Below the pieces are notes generated by a model. The model had not been told where the DNA came from. It searched no databases and saw only the letters and a program-made list of their open reading frames with translations. A stretch of 64,000 nt of DNA, taken from NCBI GenBank assembly GCA_951406725.2, contig OX597814.1:12152001-12216000 (forward strand), read 5' to 3'. Positions 39,790-54,009 of this stretch are shown one piece after another (within the stretch, counting starts at the first letter, position 1; every line of letters starts with the position of its first letter). This stretch comes from Octopus vulgaris. Its lineage: Eukaryota. A program made the translations under genes and the position numbers.

Positions 39790-39957
39790 TACGACAGGCT
39801 TCTTTCAGTTTCCGTCTACCAAATCCACTCACAAGGCATTGGTCGGCCCGGGGCTATAGCAGAAGACACTTGCCCAAGGTGCCACGCAGTGGGACTGAAC
39901 CCGGAACCATGTGGTTGGTTAGCAAGCTACTTACCACACAGCCACTCCTGCGCCTAT
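39488..39957 (-). mobile_element. SINE family B, well-preserved copy
   Basis: Very similar to 34861-35279; (GTAAAAGA)n tail. Confidence 0.9.
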
Positions 39958-40322
39958 TGCTATATTTATTACAATAATTGCACAGTTCGGTTAGTGGCTT
40001 CTATATTGTCATATAATAAACGATGAGTGCTGTGCTCACCTCAGCGAACTGATCTTACATTATGATAAGTATTGCAATCACTGCTCAGCTTGCAAATGGA
40101 TCTTATAGTTATTAAAATAACTGGGTCATTTCAGAATTGAATATCCTAGTAACGGATATATTATAATAATCGTCCAGTGCACGATCAGCTATTTCATAAT
40201 ATTATATTCATTTTATGATAAACAATTAATAAAAAACGATGGAATTATAAAAATAGTTGAGCAAATTCCTAATTTCCTTACAGTGATTACTTTAGTTCCT
40301 CAATGATTAGACTAAATACAAA

Positions 40323-40720
40323 AAGGCGGCGAGCTGGCAGAAACGTTAGCACGCCGGGCGAAATGCGTAGCTGTATTTCGTCTGCCGCTACGTTCTGAGT
40401 TCTAATTCCGCCGAGGTCGACTTTGCCTTTCATCCTTTCGGGGTCGATAAATTAAGTACCAGTTACGCACTGGGGTCGATATAATCAACTTAATCCGTTT
40501 GTCTGTCCTTGTTTGTCCCCTATGTGTCTAGCCCCTTGTGAGTAGTAAAGAAATAGGTATTTCGTCCGCCGCTGCGTTCTGAGTTCAAATTCTGCCGAGG
40601 TCGACTTTGCCTTTCATCCTTTCGGAGGCCGATAAATTAAGTACCAGTGAAACACTGGGGTCGATGTAATCGACTATTCCCTCTCCCAAAATTTCAGGTC
40701 TTGTGCCTATAGTAAAAAGA
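40323..40720 (+). mobile_element. SINE family A: head, tail-2 unit, then tail-1 unit
   Basis: Junction AAAGAAATAG|GTATTTCGTC; final tail CCCAAAATTTCAGGTCTTGTGCCTATAGTA. Confidence 0.9.
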
Positions 40721-43011
40721 ATTAAAATGCAAAATTAGACTAATTTGTTTTAGTCTGTTCAATCGATTGTATCTCAATAAACAATATGTTGTTTTATTTC
40801 AAAGTATCCCAACGTTATTAGTCAATTAATTAATAATAGCTTGAATCAGAACTGACCACAAAACATATTCGTACCGTAAAAATATTTATATATATAGACA
40901 CGAATAGGATACTATGTAAGAAATAAATAACAGTAGAACTAGATGAGATTCAACTCCATATCCTTAGTGAACGTCTTGATTATATTACTGTTATTCTTGA
41001 ATCAGGAGTGTCATGCACCTAGAAGGATGTAGTGAATACTTGGGAAGAGCGATTAGATAAACTGATTACTACGGATTCTAGGGAAGTAATGTGTTGTATA
41101 ATTGCTAGCAGGAAGTGGGACCGGTGAGAGTTTAAGTGATAAGTGATAAAGAGTACAAAAAAATTGTTTGAACATGACATATGTTTCTCTGAGAAGGCAG
41201 AAAAGAATGAAGGAAGCTCAGCTGTAGGTCATTAGTTGAACTGTTTTTAACTGTTGCGACCATATATATATATATATATCGCGCTTCGGTGGCTGGACAC
41301 CCAAGTTTCAAGCCACTCGTTGTAATAAATACGGTATCCATAGGGAATGAGTTCGGTATTTTATTTATTACACACAAATAAACGACCATATTTTAATCTT
41401 AACAAAATCATTCACCTTGATATCGACAATAGTAGTCATCTTGTTGATAGATCTACCTGCACTGCAAGAGTATCGACGAGCAGACGAAATATGTTGTGAT
41501 TTTTTTGGCAACAAAAAATTGAATTACCACCAGAAATGTTTATATTTTATGTGTATAAGACTTTAAGTGATATCTGGTATAAAAAAGATAGTATGTTTGT
41601 TTAATTACATGGCTACATTCTACCTGCTCGTGAAAGTAATGAATGAAGTTTAGTTGTAACTTATGAATGACAAAAGTAGTGCCGTCACCGTGACCTCGGG
41701 TCATCACCATGGATTGACCAATCAGAAGCAGCGCTCGCAGTATCTGACATATGTTAGATAACAAAAATATCTCAAAGTGTTCTCACTCACATGTGTGTAA
41801 TAACTAAAAATATCTGATGCGAAAACCTGTTGATTAAGAAACAATAGGAATAAGGGTGAGAGCCGAAATCTCTAAAATGTATTCATTATCTGTTCCCTTG
41901 ATAAAAGATTAACTCATCTTTGTAAATGTTCTTACTAGAGATCCGAATCAAACGAGCTTAGCAGTTATTTAAACATTTTTGCGTTAATAAGAACACCTTA
42001 CGCTTGCAAATTCAATGGTTTCAATCGACTGAAATAACTCGGGTTTTATTTTTTAAAACGTCTTTGAATTTTAATGCAAATAATTTTCCATTAATATAAA
42101 TTTAGACAGTCACTGTTTCATTTAAACATATGTGTCCCTGGGAAACACGAAATCGAAAACAGACTCAGGTAAGTCGCATATACTGAACATAACACAAACC
42201 TATAAGTGGGCCTCTACGTGACCGATTGATCTACTAGAAATAGTAAATTAATCTCTCTCAAATTATATCGTACCATCTTAAGATCGGAAAGGGTACATTA
42301 GATAATGGGATCTTTTCGGTTCGAACGGCAGTTTTTAAAATAATTTCTAGGTAACTAAAAAATGTTAAACTTCGTATACTGGTAGAATGTGTTTATAAAA
42401 CATCTTTTTCTCTTGGCTTTATTGAGAAAATTCTATAGTTTGTAAGATATTTGTTGTTTTTTTTCTTCAATTTCTGCAATTTCAACCAATCACTGACGTC
42501 CATTGAGGTAAACAGCATTCTGTGCCGTATGAATATGTCCCTCGTTTAAGAAAGAGATTGGGTTTATTTACGCAGTGGGACTGAACCCGGAACCATGTGG
42601 TTGGTTAGCAAGCTACTTACCACACAGTCACTCCACTGTGACTTTTAATTGTTTAGTTGTTCAGGTAGACTATCAATATTTGAACATTTAGTAAAAAATT
42701 CCCCCTCTTGTATATATCTTACACACCCTATTGTTTCTCTTAAAGATCAAAGGTTTTTCGAGCCGTGAACACCCAGTCTTTATTCAGATATAGAGTTACA
42801 TAGGATATTATCCAATGTTACCGCTCTTTTTAAAGACAAGACGGCAGAGTGTGATTTGATATAGATTTTGCTGCTAGTTTGAGTGACCACATTACATAAT
42901 CTCTTTTGTTGGCTCGACTCATGTTGTTGATTGGGAAAGACAGACTGCTGTGTCAGAAATTTGTCTAACTTTCCGCAATAGCTCGCGTTACTACACGATG
43001 TTAATTCCTAA

Positions 43012-43414
43012 TCTTTATATATAAAAGTAAGGTTGTGTGCTGTCTATCTCCTACGATTTAGATTCCTAACTACTCCCACATTTTGCGGTGCAGTTTAACC
43101 AAAACCGGGTATTTTATAGTCGTGATTCATATCGAGCCCTTCTGGGTATTAGCGCGCGTCTACGATGAGTCTACGATTTAAAAAAACATTTACCATAATT
43201 TTTTTCCATTTTAATGCATTTTTTCGCTATTACATAAGGGAAGTAACTCTCTAAAAATGTATACGATGAGTCAACGATTTAAAAAAAAAACTTACCATAA
43301 TTTTTTTCCCATTTTTAAGGCATTTTTTTGCTGTTTTTTTGGCTATAACTCTCTAAAAATGCTTATATAGTTATTTCCCTTACAAACCCGAGCAACGCCG
43401 GGCGATACTGCTAG
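43012..43414 (+). mobile_element. Non-autonomous Helitron
   Basis: A|TCTTTATATATAAAAG 5' end, 3' hairpin CCCGAGCAACGCCGGG then CGATACTGCTAG|T, no TSD; internal ~100-bp tandem duplication (TACGATGAGTC..). Confidence 0.8.
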
Positions 43415-44639
43415 TAATAAATAATTGGCAATTTTTACGTTACCGAAACAATTGAGTGTGTCATGAGTGTCTCAGTCTTATTACAGTTTCGTTCAAAGCT
43501 GTTATTTTGTTTTTATATACTTTATCATTACCTTGGCTAAACGATGAATGCTAAGGTGTAAGTTAGAAATGTGTCGTGTACACGGCAGAGATTCGACCTT
43601 CGGTTGAAAAGAATTGATAACATTTAGATTGATAATCCTTTCTACAATAGGCACAAGACCCGAAATTTGGAGGCAGGGGGAATAATCGATTACATCGATC
43701 CCAGTACTTAACTGGTGCTTACTTTATCGACCCGAAAAGGAGGAAAGGCAAAGCCGACCTCAGCGAAATTTGAACTCAGAACGTAAAGCATTTTGCTCGG
43801 CGTGCTAACGATTCTGCCAGCTCGTCGCCTTATTTAGATTATTAATGCAATTAAAAAAGGTTTGTGCACCTGTATAAATTTAAAGTCTTCTGTTAATACT
43901 TGTTAAAATGTAAGTTAAGTAGTGGGAAGAAATACCTTGCATTACTTACTTTCGTTTCTCTAGGATAGAATTCAAATTTCCACCAAGATCTTCCACATAC
44001 AAATAGTTAGCTATGGTCTATATCCTTATAGCGTTTCTTGGAGCGAGAGCTTCTTGTTTGACAGTAGCTGTGCAGCGTGTACTGGGGAAACTCTCTTCAA
44101 GAATCAATTTGGTGCATTCTAGGTTCGTTAATATCTACCAGCATTCAGACAAAATATCTTATATTATTAAATTTCATTCCTATATAATCTCATTTAAATT
44201 CTTCTGTCGGCAATTTAACCATTTCTCTTCTCTATAAAAGCAGCGAAAAGAAAAAAAAAATTTCCAGAAGGATGTATCTAATTCAAAAGTAATATGATTG
44301 GACTGTAAAATGCTTGCGGACTCGAGGAAATAAGATGCTGTATACGTGTTAGAAAGAAGACCTATGTGTGTCGGTTAAAATGGAAGTGATTTATAGGAAT
44401 CATATTTATAGAAGCAGATGTTTCTCGTATGGTAAACAAAAGGCGGAGCGAGAATATAATATAACCATGGGCTTGTGATGAGAAATAACACACATGCTTA
44501 CACTTTTCATATGTTTTAAGTTTATGTATATCTCTAAATGTATATTCATAACTTGTATTTGTTTGGTAACTGATTTGATCTGGGAGCGTATGTTGATATT
44601 CAAACAATTACATCCTGGTGGATGTACTCTGGCCATTGC

Positions 44640-44710
<71 letters not shown>

Positions 44711-44719
44711 CATTTATGT

Positions 44720-45910
44720 AAGGCGGTGAGCTGGTACAAACGTTATCACGCCGGGCAAAATGATTAGCGGCATTTCGTCCGTCATTACGTTCTGGGCTCA
44801 AATTCTGCCGAGGTCGACTTTGCCTTTCATCCTTTCGGGGTCGAGAAATTAAGTACCAGTGAAACACTGAAATCGATGTAATCAGCTAGTTCCCTCCCGC
44901 CAAATGTCAGGCTTTGTGCCTACAGCAGAAAGGATTATTATTACTAAAAAGGCGGCGAGCTGGTAGAAACGTTAGTACGCCGGGCGAAATGCTTAGCGGT
45001 ATTTCGTCTGCCGTTACGTTCTGAGTTCAAATTCCGCCGACGTCGACTTTGCTTTCATCCTTTCGGGGTCGATAAATTAAGTACCAGTTACGCACTGGGG
45101 TCGATGTAATCGATTGTTTGTCCCCTCTGTGTTTAGCCCCTTGTGGGTAATAAAGAAATGCTGTTACGTTCTGAGTTCAAATCCCGCTGACGTTGCCTTT
45201 GCCTTTCATTCTTTCGGGGTCGATTAAGTAAGTACCAGTTACGCACTGGGGTCGACATAATCGACTTAATCCGTTTGTCTGTCCTTGTTTGTCCTCTCTG
45301 TGTTTAGCCCCTTGTGGGTAGTAAAGAAATAGGTATTTCTTCCCTCTTTACGTTCTGAGTTCAAATCTCGTCGATGTCGACTTTGCCTTTCATCCTTTCG
45401 GGTTGATAAATTAAGTACCAGTTGCGCACTAATCTAATCGGCTGTACCCCTCCCTGAAATTCCAGGCTTTGTGTCTATAGTAGAAAGGATTATTATTATT
45501 AAGGCGGTGAAATGGTAGGATCTTTAGTATGCTGCATGAAATGCTCAGTGACATTTCTTCTGACTTTATACATTCCGAGTTCAAATACCGCCAAGGTAAA
45601 CTTTGCCTTTCATCTTTTCTGGATCGATAAATCAAATACTAGATGAGTACTGGGGGTTGATGTAATCGACTAGCCTTCCGCCAAAGTTTCAGGCCTTGTG
45701 CCTATAGCAGAATGGATTATTATTAAAATAGGGGCGAGCTGGCAAAATCGTTAGCGCCTCGGACAAAATGCTTCACAACATTTTCTCCCGACTTTATGTT
45801 TTGAGTTCCAATGTCACCGAGGTCGACTTTGCCTTTTATCCTTCCGAATCGATACTGGGGTCAATGTAATGAACTATCCCTTCCCTCTAAAATTAATGGT
45901 TTTTGTGCTA
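44720..45910 (+). mobile_element. Head-to-tail cluster of SINE family A copies, including a 3-unit array
   Basis: At least four heads separated by (ATT)n tails. Confidence 0.85.
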
Positions 45911-45956
45911 AAATTTAAAACAGTTATTATAATTGTGATTGTTACTAAGAAGGCAT

Positions 45957-46228
45957 GTGGAGGCGCAATGGCCCAGTGGTTATGGCAGCGGACTCGCAGT
46001 CGTAGGATCGCGGTTTCGATTGTGAGTGTTTATTGAGCGAAAACACCTAAAGCTTCACGAGGCTCCGGTAGTGGGGGGGTGGATCTCTGCTGTACTCTTT
46101 TACCACAACTTTCTTCTGTTGGCCTGCTCGCTTAGCCAGCGGGGTGGCATCATTCGAAGGCTAAAACAATGTGAAGCCCATTGTGATCAGCGATGTGTAG
46201 CAACATCTGATGGCCTGGTCGGTCACGG
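45957..46228 (+). mobile_element. SINE family C
   Basis: GGAGGCGCAATGGCCCAGTGGTTA head; body matches 5835-6042. Confidence 0.8.
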
Positions 46229-46681
46229 TCACTAAGAAGGTAAAGGCGGCGAGCTGGTGGAATCGTTTCGGCGCTGAACAAAATACTTAGTGGCATTTCT
46301 TCCGGCTCTTTACGTTCTCAGCTCACGATCTACGTCGATTTTTGTCTTTAACCCTTTCGGGACTAAAATAGGTTTCAGTTGAAAGCTGATGTCGATGTAA
46401 TCAACAAGTCCCCTCCTCCATCCCGAATTTCAGGCCTTGTGCCTATAGTAGAAAGAATTATTAAGAAGGTAACAAGCTGGCAGGAGCGTTAGCATATCGG
46501 ACAAAATGCTTAGCAATTCTTTTCATTCCAATTTTCTATCCCGCCATAGTCGACTTCGCCTTTAATCCTTTCGGGGTGGATAGAATAAGTACCAGTTGAA
46601 ACCTGAGATTTATGTGATCGACTTAAACCAGGTGTAATCATGAACATGTATATATGTGTGTGCGTATATGTATGTATTAGT

Positions 46682-47000
46682 GAAGGCGTGTGGCTTAGTC
46701 GTTAGGGCACCCGGCTCATGATTGTAAGGTCATGAGTTCGATTCCCGGTGACGTGTTGTGTCCTTGAGCAAGACACTTTATTTCACATTGCTCCAGTCCA
46801 CTCAGCTGGCAAAAATGAGTTGTACCTGTATTGCAAAGGGCCCGCCTTGTCACACTTTATGTCACACTGAATCTCCCTGAGAACTATGTTAGGGGTACGC
46901 GTGTCTGCAGATTGCTCAGTCATTTGCACGTTAATTTCATGAGCAGGCTGTTCCGTTGATCGTATCAGCTGGGACCCTCGTCGTCGTAAGCGACGGATTG
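46682..47000 (+). mobile_element. SINE family D (tRNA head + CORE-like domain); 3' fragment at ~63376-63578
   Basis: TGGCTTAGTCGTTAG..GAGTTCGATTCC boxes, GTGTCCTTGAGCAAGACACTT, tail ACCCTCGTCGTCGTAAGCGACGGA. Confidence 0.75.
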
Positions 47001-48525
47001 CTCCTATATATATGTATCAGAACTGTGTGGGGGAGTCTTATATTAATTCAAAAAAATTCGGTAAAGAGAAAAAATATGGGGTTGCTCCAAAACTGATATT
47101 AAGGGTAAGACCTGCTTGTATGTTAAAGCAAATTTGCGCTCATGGGGCTAGGAAAGAAAATTTCCCTTTTACAGTTTAGGTAGATGCTTAGGTGGACAAA
47201 GTTCTTTAGTAACGATCCTTTTCTCAGTCAAGAAGAAGCCTGCACCTCCTATTAGTGTTAAAGTAAGATTTACGCTTTTCCATTGTCATCCACTTGATGT
47301 CGCAATGTAAAGCGTTTTACTTGCAATGTCCATATATATCTTGCAAGGCATGTGAAATTTCCTCAATCTTGGATATTAAACGAATACTAGCGGTTGTTGA
47401 ATCTGGTTCTGATGGGACCTTTTGTCTCGCTCACATATTTCTGCACATCCGTCGCTCCATTTGGGAATCTTCGAGGGTACCTCAGCCTCATGCACAACTA
47501 TTTATGTATTGTCACAGCCGTTTTATGGACATGTGGTGTTACTTGTGGATGAGCAGCCTGCTTCTGATTCACGTTTGAGCCTATTTACTAATATTTTCTT
47601 TATACTACATGTACAACTAAAAGACACCCTCAAAGTGTGTCTATTAACTTTCGTGGACTAAACTAAGGAAGATCCTGCTTACATAAGTTTTGTATGTTCA
47701 GATACGCCATTGGTGTATCTGAATTATTTCACTTTTTCTATCCTTCTGTTGTTGTTTGACTCAAATATACTAGACATAAAATCAAAATGGTTCCAGATGA
47801 CCTCATGATAATTACTCAAACTTGGTATGTCGAGGACTAAATTATCTAATGTGTACTAAGTGTTGTAAGATACTAGAGTGCGATTACAAGGAAATCTGAC
47901 TGCCATTTTTGGCAAAATGAATGACTACATAGATGTACCTTTTCTAGTTTGGTTCTAGTTAAGGTCAGCCAGATGGACTTGGGCAGATCGAGCTACTTGC
48001 TATACATGTGCCTTTATTATTATTGATAAACTTGGATGAAAAGGCCAGTTGTCTATGCCCAGATCGCCTTTTGGTTCACGTGTCCCAGAACCCAATGCAC
48101 TAATGAATCGAGTATGTTGTGAACATGTTGCCAGCGTGAAGAATGAGCTATTCTAGAGTGACGAAGAAAGCTATTTGCGTTCGAGCCTACTATAGGCACA
48201 AGGCCTGAAATTTGGGGTGAAGAGACTGACTAGTCGATTACATCGAGCCCAGTGTTTCACTGGTACTTAATTTATCGATCTTGAAAGGATGAAAGGCAAA
48301 GTCGACCTCGGCGGAATTTGCACTAAGAACGTAGTGACGGGCGAAATACAGCTAAGTATTTCGTCCAGCGTGGTAACGATTCTGCCAGCTCGCCGTCTTA
48401 CAGAATGTATTAATAATAACTATACATCTCATTATCCAGTGTATCTTTCGATTTTAAAATCAGCTGGTTTGTGAATAAAATGAGATTTGGTTGCTATTTC
48501 TAGAAGCTTGAGTACTAGTTGAATC

Positions 48526-48585
<60 letters not shown>

Positions 48586-48980
48586 AGAGAGTACAACTGT
48601 TATACAAACGTGTGACCGGGTTTAGGTGGCTAAAGACGTTGATCGTCGCGGATGGATATCATAAAGACAAACGGGCAACCTTGACAAATATATTTGAATA
48701 TAAGCAAAAGGCCAAACAGGAGACTGATGCCGTGGAAGATAGCTAAAAATAGAACTTATAAGCAGAGACGCGTTCACACCTCACACATACACGGAGACAG
48801 TCATGCATATGCACGAAACCACACACACACACACGTACATACAAACACGTACATAAACACATATGTGCATGTGCGTGTTCCTGTGTGTGCGTGTTTTCTA
48901 CATGTGTACGTCTACCAGCTGACTAGTTTCCTCGAATTTTAATATGACTTTCGGATGCAATGTAGTAGAATAAGATAAGC

Positions 48981-49014
<34 letters not shown>

Positions 49015-49921
49015 AAGAGAGTGAGTGAGTGAGTGAGTGAGAGAGAGTGAGAGAGTTGATTTTATATCAAATAACTCATTAACACCTCCACTCCCTCTTC
49101 TCTACTTCCTCCTCTTTTCCTCATGTACTTCCTCTACATCATCATCATTATCATTCCATTTGTCGTCACGTTTTCAACAAGGCCATCAAGTGGTACCTGG
49201 TGTATATGCCTCTAGGTCTTTAACCAGTAGCTTAATTATTTTTCTTCCGATGAGAAGGAGCTAGTTTCGTTTTTAGATATAAGAAAATGCTTAAATTTAC
49301 ATAGCATTCTGTATATCATACTTAACTCAAATCTACTGTTGAAAGCCTGGAACCTGCAGCAGACAGGTCTAGCAGTGCTGGCGGAATTGCTAAATGCATA
49401 TCTCTGCTTTGTTGAGTGTCATCAGTACCAAGCTTGTACTAGCATCCTGTGTCAAAAGGTAGGGTATGGTACTTCCTGTTGAACACATATCGTATTCAGT
49501 TATTTCCCTTTAAGTTTTGTCTTCAAAACCAGAGGAGATCAAATTTATCTTTCGTCGTTTGCGGGTTCGATAAAATAAGTAGCAGTGAAGTATAACGTTC
49601 GATAGTCTTGTATTATATTTCCAGTCACATCTAAGATGCATTAGTAGGCTACAAATTGACATAGTATTGGTCATGAGTTTTTTTCTTTCTATGGCAGAAG
49701 GATGACCGATAAGGTTGACTTTAGCTTGATTTGAACTCAGATCGTGATAAAACCGTACGTAAATACGGCAACAAATTTTGTCGGACGTCTAAGAATTATG
49801 TTTTATGTTCTCGACTGTACTAAGCAAAATTGTAACCTTATAGCAATAATAGTGAACAGTATTTTCTTAGTTAAGTTGCAACACACACACACACACACAC
49901 GCACGCGCACACACACACACG

Positions 49922-49974
<53 letters not shown>

Positions 49975-50445
49975 CCGGTTGGATGGTGGTGGAAAATGAG
50001 CAATCATTTATTTCCCAACCTCATACAATAGCACTTCGACACCAAAAATGTAAAAGTGAATTATTCTTGTCTTGACAGTATTGCTTCACAGATTTCACAT
50101 CTCAGTCAGAGTCACACATTTAGTCAGACTACACTCCAGTATCCACCATACGATTACAGAACCACACTAAATTGCCAACCTATAGAACTTTGTTTCTTTA
50201 AGGCGGTGGTATATGGAGCAACCAACCACCCATAAGTGACATCGATAAGAATTATAGGTAACTCATCGTGGAAAATCTTTGTATGTATATGATTTCATTC
50301 ATGTGCGTTAACTATTAGCATTAGAGCATTTTAGCTCGTATTTCTAGCAATGTAGGTGTTTTCTAACACCCTACTCAGATTTTGTGACAATTATAATTCT
50401 CCTTTTTAGCAAAATATTGCATTGCAACCTGCTGTTTACATTAGT

Positions 50446-50533
<88 letters not shown>

Positions 50534-51117
50534 TACTATATACATATATATACAAATATATAGTAATATAATTATATATGTTCATGTAAATATAAATGTG
50601 CATGAATATACATACTCTCACACCCACATACATACATACGCATGCATACACACATAAACTTGATAATCTGAAATTTAATGCATGTATATCTAGAAATTTT
50701 GCTTCATAAGACGCGATGCAGAACGTTATCAAATATACTATAACGTCTATATGGGCAGAAAAGTTATAGTGAATTCTGTGATTAGTTTCATCAGCTGAGA
50801 CCTGGTTTCTGTTGGATATAAATAAATATAAGCTATCAATTTCTCCGTAGGTAGAAAATGAAAATATTTCTTCCGATGTATCTTCAAACAGAGATAAATG
50901 TAGTTTGAACAAACCATCTAAATTTCCCCACAGAGATATAAGCGTGTACTTACACATCGTAGCCATACTAATAATTAATAAATTGTTGGTACTTAAACAT
51001 TAAATTTTATATTGATCAATATACACTGGGTTGTACATTACTCACGCATATATACTTACACACATAGATAGATAGACACGCAAACACACGCACACACACA
51101 CGCACACACACGCACAC

Positions 51118-51157
<40 letters not shown>

Positions 51158-51159
51158 TA

Positions 51160-52041
51160 CAGGGTGCGGTGAATAAACTACCGTCTAAATTTTACAACAA
51201 TGAAAATAACACTGACATCTCATTTTAACAGATATATTTACCAAAATTACATAAAAATATCTTGAAATACTAAAGAGTAAATTTATTCAATAAAATCACC
51301 ATTGGCTTCAACCACAGCCTCCAGACGACTTCAGAATCTCCTGCAACTCTTCTGGACGGTCTCCTTGTTTAAGTTGGTGAATGCTGCCATAATCATTGCC
51401 TTCAGCTCAATTTTAGTGTTACAAGGAGTTTTGTTGGTCCCTCGTTCAACTGCACCCCACACATAATAATAAAGGGGTTGCAGTTTGGGGAGTTAGGTGG
51501 CCAGATGTTAGGGGTGATGTGGTCGCAGGAATTGTCTGACCGCTATGACTGGGTTCTCCTGCTTGTGTGGCATGGGGCAGAGTCCTGTTGCCAGACTTAG
51601 AGTCTCCCAGCAGCCACCCTCTTGACCCAGAGTAGCACCACCTCCTCCAGGCACTTGATGTAGACCTCTGTGTTGAGTGTGTGGTCGTGTGGGAAGATGA
51701 ATGGAGGCATAACGTCGCTATTACTAGTAATCACTACAAACATCATGATGTTAACTGGATGTTTGATTTTTATCACTCTCAGTAGATGTCCTCAGATTGC
51801 ACTGTCCTGAGATTGACATCCAAACACTCTGAAATGTTCGTATTGGAACTTCAGGTGCAAATGCCATGCAGTACAGCATGTCATTTCCAGATTTCTGGTA
51901 GAGGCAATTGCATCATGGTGCTCTTTGTCTCACAAACGGTGCGCAACTGACCCTACCATACTGTGTAGTCGACAACATCACAAACAAGCAACGCGCATGC
52001 GCCACATCAAAATATGGTGACAATTTACCCATCACACCCTG
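51160..52041 (-). mobile_element. Internally deleted maT/Tc1-mariner transposon
   Basis: TA-flanked TIRs CAGGGTGCGGTGAATAAA / TTTACCCATCACACCCTG; minus-strand remnants HPVNIMMF, WQQDSAPCHT, WPPNSPNCNP, VWGAVER. Confidence 0.85.
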
Positions 52042-52101
<60 letters not shown>

Positions 52102-52930
52102 AATTCCTTTTTTTACCATACTTTTTTTTATGTATACACATAAATATATATATAGGTATGTTTGCATCTTAAAAGAAAAATATAGCTAGTATTTGATTTT
52201 TTTCAAATGTTGTCTCCCCTGCATTGATTACAAACATATACCATATGTTTTTTAGCTTTCCTCCTTAGGAAAAAACATAATATAAAACATAAATATATCG
52301 AGGAAATAATAATTTAATTTAAAAAAAAACTGTTTCCTCAATACATAATATTGATCAATTCCACATTATTATATTTTATGGCAATCACGTAAGTGGTTCC
52401 CTATAATACATCTTTACTCAAGTTTGTACGTATTTCATGAGGTTCATCTTTTTAAAAATTTATCTAGATGTTTTTAGATAACGAAAGCATCATATAATAA
52501 CTATATTGACTATGGATTATTGACTTTTACGTAGTACTAAAAAAAAAACTATATAATCTATTAATCAATCTCACATGCTAGTACTAGCTTCGTATTTACT
52601 TATAAACATTGTAGAAATGACAGATGACGGTTAAAAAATTTTTTAATATGAATTTCAAATAACACATTGTTCCTTATTTGGTATTTCTGAACGTGAATAC
52701 ACATAGATCTTGACCAATAGTTTCTATAGTGAGTTTTTAAAATAGATATATATTTGATTTAATAGCGTGGAAGTCAAAAATTTAAATATTGGATATGTAA
52801 CCAGCCAAGTCCTTTAATGTTTTTAGTTTCGATTCAAATAATTGTGAGTGGAAGAGTGAATATATAAATACCTGAAAAAATGTATATTTTAAACGTCTTT
52901 TTGTTTATTTTTGTTTTACTTTGAATCTCA

Positions 52931-53004
52931 CCTACTGGAGAGTACAACCTATGGTGTTCTCTTTATCGAAATATTGGTCCTTTTGTCCGAAACAATTGTT
53001 TGGG
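52931..53004 (+). ncRNA. Degenerate hammerhead motif
   Basis: ccta-CTGGAGA-gtacaa..ttgtcc-GAAA-CAATTG-TT-tggg; one core mismatch. Confidence 0.5.
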
Positions 53005-53284
53005 AATGTGAAATACAAACTTAATCCATTATAACATCCAATCTGCTTCATTTAATTTATTTGATGAGCTTTATTGGGTAATATAGAATTTTTAGAAATT
53101 TCTACTACCAGTGGCCTGCCATGTAAAAAGTTAGTCAATAGACTTTATGTTATTCATATAAATACAGTGTACATTTAAATACATAAGAGGATTCCTTGCA
53201 CTCTAGAAGGAACAGCTAAAATTCAAACCCCTATTAGAGATAAACTCCGAAAGGAATGAAAACTAAAACATTTACCATCTATCT

Positions 53285-53353
53285 CCTGGACCATGGTTTC
53301 AGACCTCTTCCAGCAAATAAAACAATTTGCTAGGCTAAGTCTTCATCAGCAGG
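53285..53353 (-). ncRNA. Type-I hammerhead ribozyme with canonical core
   Basis: cctg-CTGATGA-agactt..tagcaaat/atttgctg..aggtct-GAAA-CCATGG-TC-cagg. Confidence 0.85.
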
Positions 53354-53737
53354 TACGCCTAGATTAAAAATATAAGTACGAGGCAATCCAGCGTGTGCCC
53401 GGTGCTTATACATTATAACTTTTCAAATCCACCGCGCAAGCATAGTTTTGTGTCGGCAGCAAATAAAATAACGGATGACGGATACCTCTTATGTGTTTAA
53501 ATGTTCACTGTATTTATATGAATAATATAAAGTCTATTTACTAATTTTTTACACGCAAGCCACTGGTAGTAGAAATTTCTAAAAATTCTTTATTACCATG
53601 ATATTAATTATTGATAATTTTTTCTGGAAAATTTTCGAAGAATCGCCGGCATTATTTTATTTTATTTGCTGCCGACACAAAACTGCTCTTGCACCGAGCA
53701 CATGCTGGATTGCCTCGTAATGTTTAGTCTAGGCGTA

Positions 53738-53806
53738 CCTGCTGATGAAGACTTCTCCTAGCAAATTGTTTTATTTGCTGAAAGAGGTCTGAAACCATGA
53801 TCCAGG
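53738..53806 (+). ncRNA. Type-I hammerhead ribozyme, second copy
   Basis: cctg-CTGATGA-agactt..aggtct-GAAA-CCATGA-TC-cagg; one change breaks the stem III palindrome. Confidence 0.75.
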
Positions 53807-53937
53807 AGATAGATGGTAAATGTTTTTACTATTCATTCCCTTCGAAGTTTATCCCTAATAGGGGTTTGGATTTTAGCTGTTCCTTCTAGCGTGCAAGGAA
53901 TTCTATGACAGATACCTCTTATGTGTTTAAATGTACA

Positions 53938-54009
<72 letters not shown>

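Larger units (their letters stand above)
53077..53943. repeat. Inverted plus partial-tandem repeat element with two hammerheads
   Basis: 53077-53190 is inverted at 53484-53598 and partly again at ~53914-53943; 53191-53470 is inverted at ~53658-53902. Confidence 0.85.

Noticed and set aside
41692-41730. TGACCTCGGGTCA nuclear-receptor-like palindrome plus CCAAT
   Set aside because: A short motif without gene context cannot be distinguished from chance or a TE remnant.
45957-46030. tRNA-like sequences (also ~5965-6040, 46682, 58920-58985)
   Set aside because: They lack complete acceptor and anticodon stems and run into SINE bodies, so they are SINE heads rather than tRNA genes.
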